Source: Octopus bimaculoides
Taxonomy: Eukaryota
Direction of reading: 5' to 3'
Length of the DNA stretch: 41,678 nucleotides
NCBI RefSeq assembly: GCF_001194135.2
Contig: NC_068991.1
Span: 26,590,189 to 26,631,866 of the forward strand
Position numbers and translations under genes: made by a program. Within the stretch, counting starts at the first letter, position 1; each line of letters begins with the position of its first letter. This document shows positions 35,306-41,678 of this stretch, piece by piece. The notes under the pieces were generated by a model. It ran no database searches, was not told the origin of the DNA, and saw nothing but the letters and a program-made list of their open reading frames with translations.

Positions 35306-37089
35306 AGAGAGTGAGAAACAAAACATGATGTATTGTTCGTAAATAAAGAAATTAGGCCAAAACAGTATGAATAAACCAAATTCATATACTCAAGGATACC
35401 AACTGATACACAAATAAGAACACTCACAGATATGCACGTGCAAATTGACACTTTTATAAGCAGAGACAATAAATGATTGGATATTTGAGATGAGAGAAGA
35501 ATTTATGTGTTTGTTGGGTATATGGGGAATTAAAAAGCAGTAAGAAATATCGTTTTTGATTTGACTTCATGGCATATAAGATGTTATGACATGTTTTCTT
35601 ATTACTCAGTTAGGAAAACATCACGTGTGATCCAACAATAATATGAAAATATACAAGTACGCATATAGCACATGCATATATATGTGTACGTGGGGTGCGC
35701 GCGTGCGTGTGTGTATTAGTATGTGTGTAAGCGTTTGTGTGTGTGTGAGTGCGCGAATATGTGTGAATATATATATATATATATTGTTCGAAGTGGTGTA
35801 CAGATTGTATATAATCAGAAAAATGAGGTAGTCAGAGTTTCCGATAATTGTTTATTTGGTGCGTTCACCCCGCTTCAGAGATTCATCAGGATTGACGTAT
35901 TAAAAGAACATTTATGCCTTTTATATACATGTAAGAATTTGTTGAATAAATCTAGAGTTGAATTAGAAAGAGGATGTTCTCTGTTATTGTGAATCTAATT
36001 CTGTGTCTATAGGTGTATGAATGTAATAGGTTACGCAAGAAAAAATAGCCCGTGTTCCGAGGCGTAATGTAAGTACTGAAATAAATTTACACCCAAGAAA
36101 AACACCCAGCCTTTTGTTTACAAGTATCATTGTGTTATTTCAGCTGCTTGTAACTCTTTCACAAAGATGGCGCGCTAATCCGCTGTTTGTTACGTTATCC
36201 TCACTATGTTCTCACCATATTAGATGAAAGTAGGATTACACTGAGTGAAGATCTCTATCCTTTTCTTCACGATGATGCACTCGATATCGGAAGATGTAGA
36301 GACTGTGGAGACATAGTTGAGATCGGGCTCTGTTAAGCAAACGTATGGAATTTTTGAAATCAAGTTTCTAGGTAAAGGCTTACCGGTGAAGAGAATGACT
36401 CAAATGTTAATTGAGAAGTGGTACGCAGCGGGCTTAGTACACATCAACCGAAAAACAAAGAGACCGACAGTTATTCAAAAACCGACAGTTATTCAGGATA
36501 TTCGTCGAACGATTACTCGGAGAAGTCAAAATTGGCACAGCAGTCTCACGTTTGCATGGAGTCATGTTAAAGTGTGTTGAATGGCTAATGTTGAAACTGG
36601 GGGCGTCTAAACATAGTTAGACGTGCGCAGTTGTGTATTTCAAAGCCACAGGGAATCATTTTCAAAATATCCTATGATGGTGAGTATTTACACTTTACTA
36701 CGGAAACCGGGCAACGTTTCTTGTGCGTCATCCTCTATATGCGTTATATGTGTGCAAATTTGTGTGTGGTGAAATTGTGGTACCTTGATTGGGGGGGGGG
36801 GATAGAAGAAAAACAATTGAAAAAAGCCAGGAAGTAAGAAACGGAACAGAAATGAAAGAGAATAGAAAGAAGAAAGACATAATGAAAGAAAGGAAGGAAG
36901 GAAGGACGGAAAAACAAAGAAATAAAGAAAGAAAAGGGTCTTTTCTAGAATGGTTGAAATTGTATTGTGTTCTTTGGTCAATTGTCATGCTACCTAATAG
37001 TAGAAATGCCCCTTTCCTAGAATGGTTGTAGTTGATGACAATTCAAGTTGTCGATTTTGTATTAGTCTGTTTTTTTTTTTTTGTAGATG

Positions 37090-37510
37090 AAAGATTTACG
37101 AGTGAAAAAGACTTTTTTGACCAAAACTTCAAGAAATATCTCATTCAAAAGCCTCCTCGATGATTGCTTTATGCTGGGGGGGCGGAGGAATCAAATAATG
37201 ATCTACGAATATTCGATAACTTTCTAAATACCTTTCGTCCATCTATCATGACAAAAACCAATCATAGTGACTTACTCTTCAAAGACGTTCTCGTAAAAAA
37301 TACGCGACTTCACAGTAACAGCGGATATGTTTTACAACAAACAAACATTCATCAATACCTGAACTTCTACTCTTGCCAGCCTTCCCACATTACAAGAAAT
37401 ATTCCATATAATATGACAAGACGTTTCTATGCAATACTAGTTGATCCGAAAATACGTTAAATTCGACTCAATCAACTCGAAACTACCTAAAGAAAGAGAA
37501 TTACTTCTTG
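37090..37510 (+). mobile_element. Penelope-like element RT C-terminal fragment
   Basis: Frames give LLDDCFML (YxDD-like), NFLNTFRPSI, LLFKDVLV, TNIHQYLNFYSCQPSHITRNIPYNMTRR and RLNQLETYLKKRNY. The HQYL...HPxH..NIP motif is typical of the Penelope RT thumb. Confidence 0.72.
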
Positions 37511-37648
37511 AAATTAATAAATGATGAAAATATAAAGATGAAGAAAGAGGACGCCACACAGTTGAGCACTCTTAAGAAAAAGAAAATTTAAGAAAATACT
37601 CTTCCATTTATCAACGCATAGAATCCAGCAGTGACCAACAATGCTGCT

Positions 37649-37735
<87 letters not shown>
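37649..37735. repeat. (CTA)n microsatellite
   Basis: Directly visible; source of the poly-Val and poly-Ser ORFs. Confidence 0.97.
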
Positions 37736-38715
37736 AAATATTTGGAAACTGGTTCTCATATAAAACTAAGAGTGTATTTTCCTTGCAAGTAAATATACAG
37801 ATATGAACTGCAAGATACAGAGTCTCATATACTGTAGCATAACCTGTTCCGATTGCAAGGAATATTATATTAGCCAAAACAACAATTTCTCTGCGAACGT
37901 GCAAGAATCCACACGCACATTAGACAAAAGGAACTACGCAAGATTCCGTTGAATAAGCATCTGGAAAATTGTGGAAAGAGCAGATTCAAGAACTTTTCCT
38001 TGAGATGACCCAAAGTAGTGGGAAGCAATGCATCTACATTTAACCAAGAAAGTGTTACCTAAATTAATCGTATAATAAAATAAAAATAATATATTGCGCA
38101 TAAAATAATATATTGCGCATAAAGTAACTGCGAATGCATAAGCTATGTGGGAAGACAGAATATAGGGGTTTTTGTTAGCTTATCTCTCCGAAAAAATAGC
38201 TCCCTTTGCTTTTGAAAACAAGTACACTCGCAGAGAGGAGGTTTTAACGTCTTCCTTCAATTTCATTACTCCATATATGTGGTTGTTTCTGGCAAGAAAT
38301 TTCGCTTTCATGTAAAACAATTATATTCTGTAGACATTATCCGTAATCTACTCCCAAACCACTTCCGTAGCTCTATTTTGCATCACTTGCAAACCTATAT
38401 GTTCCATGATCATTAACGTGCAACGATCTCCACAACAACCAGCCTTCAATTTGATTTCTCGTTCCTAGGTTAATCGGAAACATAGACTGCCGTGCTACTC
38501 ATAAATCTTCTCGGTAATTCAATTATTTGGTGAAAAATACCACTAAAGCAACTTAGAGGACGCATGCGTTTGCTAGTATATATATATACATATATATANN
38601 NNNNNNNNNNNNNNNNNNNNNNNNNNNNNNNNNNNNNNNNNNNNNNNNNNNNNNNNNNNNNNNNNNNNNNNNNNNNNNNNNNNNNNNNNNNTGTGTGTGT
38701 GTGTGTGTGTGTGTG

Positions 38716-38862
38716 TAACAGGCTTCTTTAGTTTCCGTCTACCAGATCCATTCACAAGACATCGGTCAGTTGGTAGACACGGGCTAATAGCAGAAAACAG
38801 TCACCCAAGTTGCCCCACAGTTGATCCAAACGCGGAAACATGCAGTTAGAAAGCAATCTCAT
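38716..38862 (-). mobile_element. SINE family 1, 5' half on the minus strand; central TG/TA tract runs into the gap
   Basis: Reverse complement ...caacttgggtgactg...cttgtgaatggatctggtagacggaaactaaagaagcctg matches 10400-10488. Confidence 0.75.
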
Positions 38863-39689
38863 CCAAAAGCAATATAATGAAATTCAGAGAACTGTGCGGC
38901 TGTCATATTAAAATCCTCTAACAGAGTTCGTTATAAGTCTACATAGTAATAATCAGTTGCAAAATAGCGTAATGTAAATGATCTGTGTAACTACAAATCA
39001 AGAAAACTCGAGCAATATATTTTTCAGTGAAGATTTTATTAAACATAAATCAAGAGTAATGTGAGAAGATAGATTTCTTCAATCAAATGACGTCCATACT
39101 TTAAGGCCTTTTCCTCAAACTTTTCATGTAGCATTAATTGCATTATAAAACAAAATATACGTACATTTGTGGGGTGATATGTATAATCTACATTACAGAA
39201 TACGAATGTATATTCACAAATTAATGCAAATAAAGAAATCTATCTCATTAGATGACCATAATACCATGCTTGTATCAGCGGTTCAAATCTTAATATGCAC
39301 ACAAGATTCATTGTTTATATTTACAATGTATGAAAGGGCAAAACTGGAAAATTACATTGATTTTTGTCAATAAAAGGAAAACCACAGAGGAAAGGCATAC
39401 TGTTTTGCTATTCACTATAGAAAAATGTACTCAGGTTAATTAACCTTAATAGCAGATAGAAAATTAAGGAATTCACCGTCCTTAAGTTAAGTAAATAGGA
39501 AGAGATAAGTTAAGCAAGAGGTATCGAGTATCTATTTACATTAATTCAGTGGGACAGGGTTAATGAAATGAAAGTAAAGGGGAAAATATGTAGAAAATTC
39601 TGTATTTCTCACACAAATTATCGTAGTAGTGAAATATATTTTAGCATACGTTCATTTAAAATTTAATATATTAATCTCAAAAGCTTAAG

Positions 39690-40050
39690 GAATGCAAACT
39701 CACCAATCAATCTTTATGAAAATAAGCTTCAAAATAAGCTGAATTTGGAAGTCTTAGATATTTTGGAAACATCAGAGAGCTTAATGTTCAAGTATTTGTT
39801 ATTGAATTGGATCCAATATTTTCCAACAATCCAAGATTACAACAACTAATCACATTGCAATACAATCACTTCTCATAAGCAGGCCCTGCTATATTTAATA
39901 TTATCACAAAAACAGACCAAAAAGCTTAAAAGATCTCATAACCTTCAAACGATATCTGGAGGAATTTCTTCCAGGTTTACGAGAAAATTAACATCACTTA
40001 GATAAAACTCAACCAACGATCCTTTCCTGAGTGGAATATGCTAACACAAC
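39690..40050 (+). mobile_element. Decayed 3' end of a CR1/L2-group LINE
   Basis: Frames give LQYNHFS*AGPAIFNII and KDLITFKRYLEEFL, resembling the conserved G-P-x-L-F-N...F-K-x-x-L-D-x-F-L C-terminus of CR1-like ORF2. From recall, not a database hit. Confidence 0.4.
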
Positions 40051-41678
40051 ACTTAAAAATGACTCTAGCAAGTGTATTAAGTTGGACATGGATTGTGCGA
40101 ACTTTGGCCGAAACATATCGAAATTTTTCTAAGTTTATAATTTATTTACTTAGAAATGAATCTAAATCAACCCGAGATCCACTCCATCTTTCATCATTTT
40201 CACTTCGTTGAAATAAAGTTATAATCAAGTACCACAGTTTATGTAATTTGCAAAATTACACTTTACTGTGCCTAACATAGAAAATACTATTTTTTCAGAG
40301 AAATATGAAAACCTTTAGTGTCTAATTTAGACCACTCTCATCTGTTGAGTTTGGTGGTGTTTGTATTCAGTTTGAACGACATGGAGAACCGTGTGTAAAA
40401 TTTGAACTTGAAGCTAATTCTAAGAAGATTTACTGAGACTTAACTCATGGAAATATTTAGGGTGATGCATTTAGGGTGGTAGATTTGACGAATGTGAAAC
40501 TGATGGCTACATTTGATCTGTACAGCAGATTAATTCACGATCTATTTATTATTCGCCAACCAATTTCCGATCTTCATATATCTAAATTAAAAAAGAAATT
40601 AATAATTCAAACGTATGATACAACTAATATTCGTGTATTATTCTTCCTCCACATTTCACGATAAATGTGTGTATATTTTACTACGTAAAATATAAAACAT
40701 GTATACTCAATTACCAGAATCCTACACCTGAATATTACATTGCTTATGATATAAATCTTCACAATTGATCTATTTTACGTTTTGCTGATGCAGAAAACAG
40801 ATGTTTTTTTTAGTAATTTTTTTTTTTTTAAATACCCGTACCATTGATATTGATATAATACGAATTGCATACATAATTCAAGAAACTATGTTAAATCGAT
40901 AAATTTTTGCAATCTGCTTTTATCATTATATCATAGGTTATGGTGGATATTCGGTTGTCTTTGATTTTTTGTAAATTCTATACTATTGGAAACGATGATT
41001 TTCACCATCACATAATATAAAAAAAAAACTTGAAGGAATTTTAAAAGCTATGTTCAGACTGTATAAATTGCGGATTGCATTATTCCAAAACGTCAATGAA
41101 TATGATTGACAGTGAACATTTGCAGCACAAAAGCAAATTTGCTAAATCAAAAAAAAAAATATATATATAAATAAACCGAAGACATTTCATAGGGATAATC
41201 AATAATGCTACCAATGGCACAGTATATTTTAAAATCGTTTCATCTCCATTTCATAAAAAGATACTCAATGCGTTGTGAGTATTCAATACTGTAATATATT
41301 CACACTTTTAACGTATGGGACTTTTCAAGAAAATGAAGTTAAGTATTAACAGATTGGTGTTTTGACCCAAAGTAGATCAAATTTGAACATCCTGAGCAGA
41401 ACCTGAGATTATGTAGATGCAATAAACTTTTCTTTTTTACCTTATTTGTAGCCGAGGTTTCAAATGTAAAGCATTTTACGTATTAATTTTAGTAGTTATC
41501 ATAATCAGTTCAAGGTTATGAATTTTAAAAAGTAAGCCTTGGGAGAATGAAAAACAGAAAAAAGATGTAGATTTCAACAGTCCAACATAGCGCTGTATAT
41601 ACATAGATACATACATACATACATACATGCATACATATATAAATATATATATGTATATATATATGTATATGTATATAT

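Noticed and set aside
36140-36185. AAGATGGCG YY1-like promoter motif
   Set aside because: A single short motif with no CpG-rich context or downstream exon; expected by chance.
36463-36495. 15-bp direct repeat accgacagttattca with 18-bp period
   Set aside because: Two adjacent copies only; an ordinary slippage duplication, not a CRISPR array or TSD.
36280-36640. Cys-containing stretch (RCRDCGDIVE) possibly from a LINE C-terminal zinc finger
   Set aside because: The similarity is too weak and fragmentary to support a call without a database search.
38083-38120. Perfect 19-bp tandem duplication aaaataatatattgcgcat
   Set aside because: Ordinary local duplication with no insert between copies.

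Overview
AT-rich, microsatellite-rich eukaryotic DNA with ten N-gaps. The SINE families and repeat landscape look cephalopod (octopus-like); this is inference and the species cannot be fixed from sequence alone. I found no convincing host exon, tRNA/rRNA gene or CRISPR array, so the window looks intronic or intergenic. It is a graveyard of decayed mobile elements: three head-to-tail R4/Dong-like RLE retrotransposons, each ending in an (AAT)n tract (1-6171); a full-length TTAA-flanked piggyBac (7087-9491); another R4/Dong-like copy with an inverted 5' segment (12210-13575); MULE, mariner and TA-flanked Tc1 relics; an L1/Tx1-like LINE whose RT is internally deleted; Penelope RT and CR1-like fragments; and many tRNA-derived SINE copies. 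The most interesting signal is not in the ORF track. At about 21030-21645 there is a two-copy, ~326-337 bp tandem repeat, and each unit carries a type I hammerhead ribozyme fold (CUGAUGA / stem II / GAAA / minimal self-complementary stem III / AUC). This is the architecture of a non-LTR retrozyme, a small non-coding circRNA-forming retroelement. A second, Penelope-type minimal hammerhead remnant lies at about 29300-29345 on the minus strand. All protein calls come from manual translation and motif recognition, not database searches.
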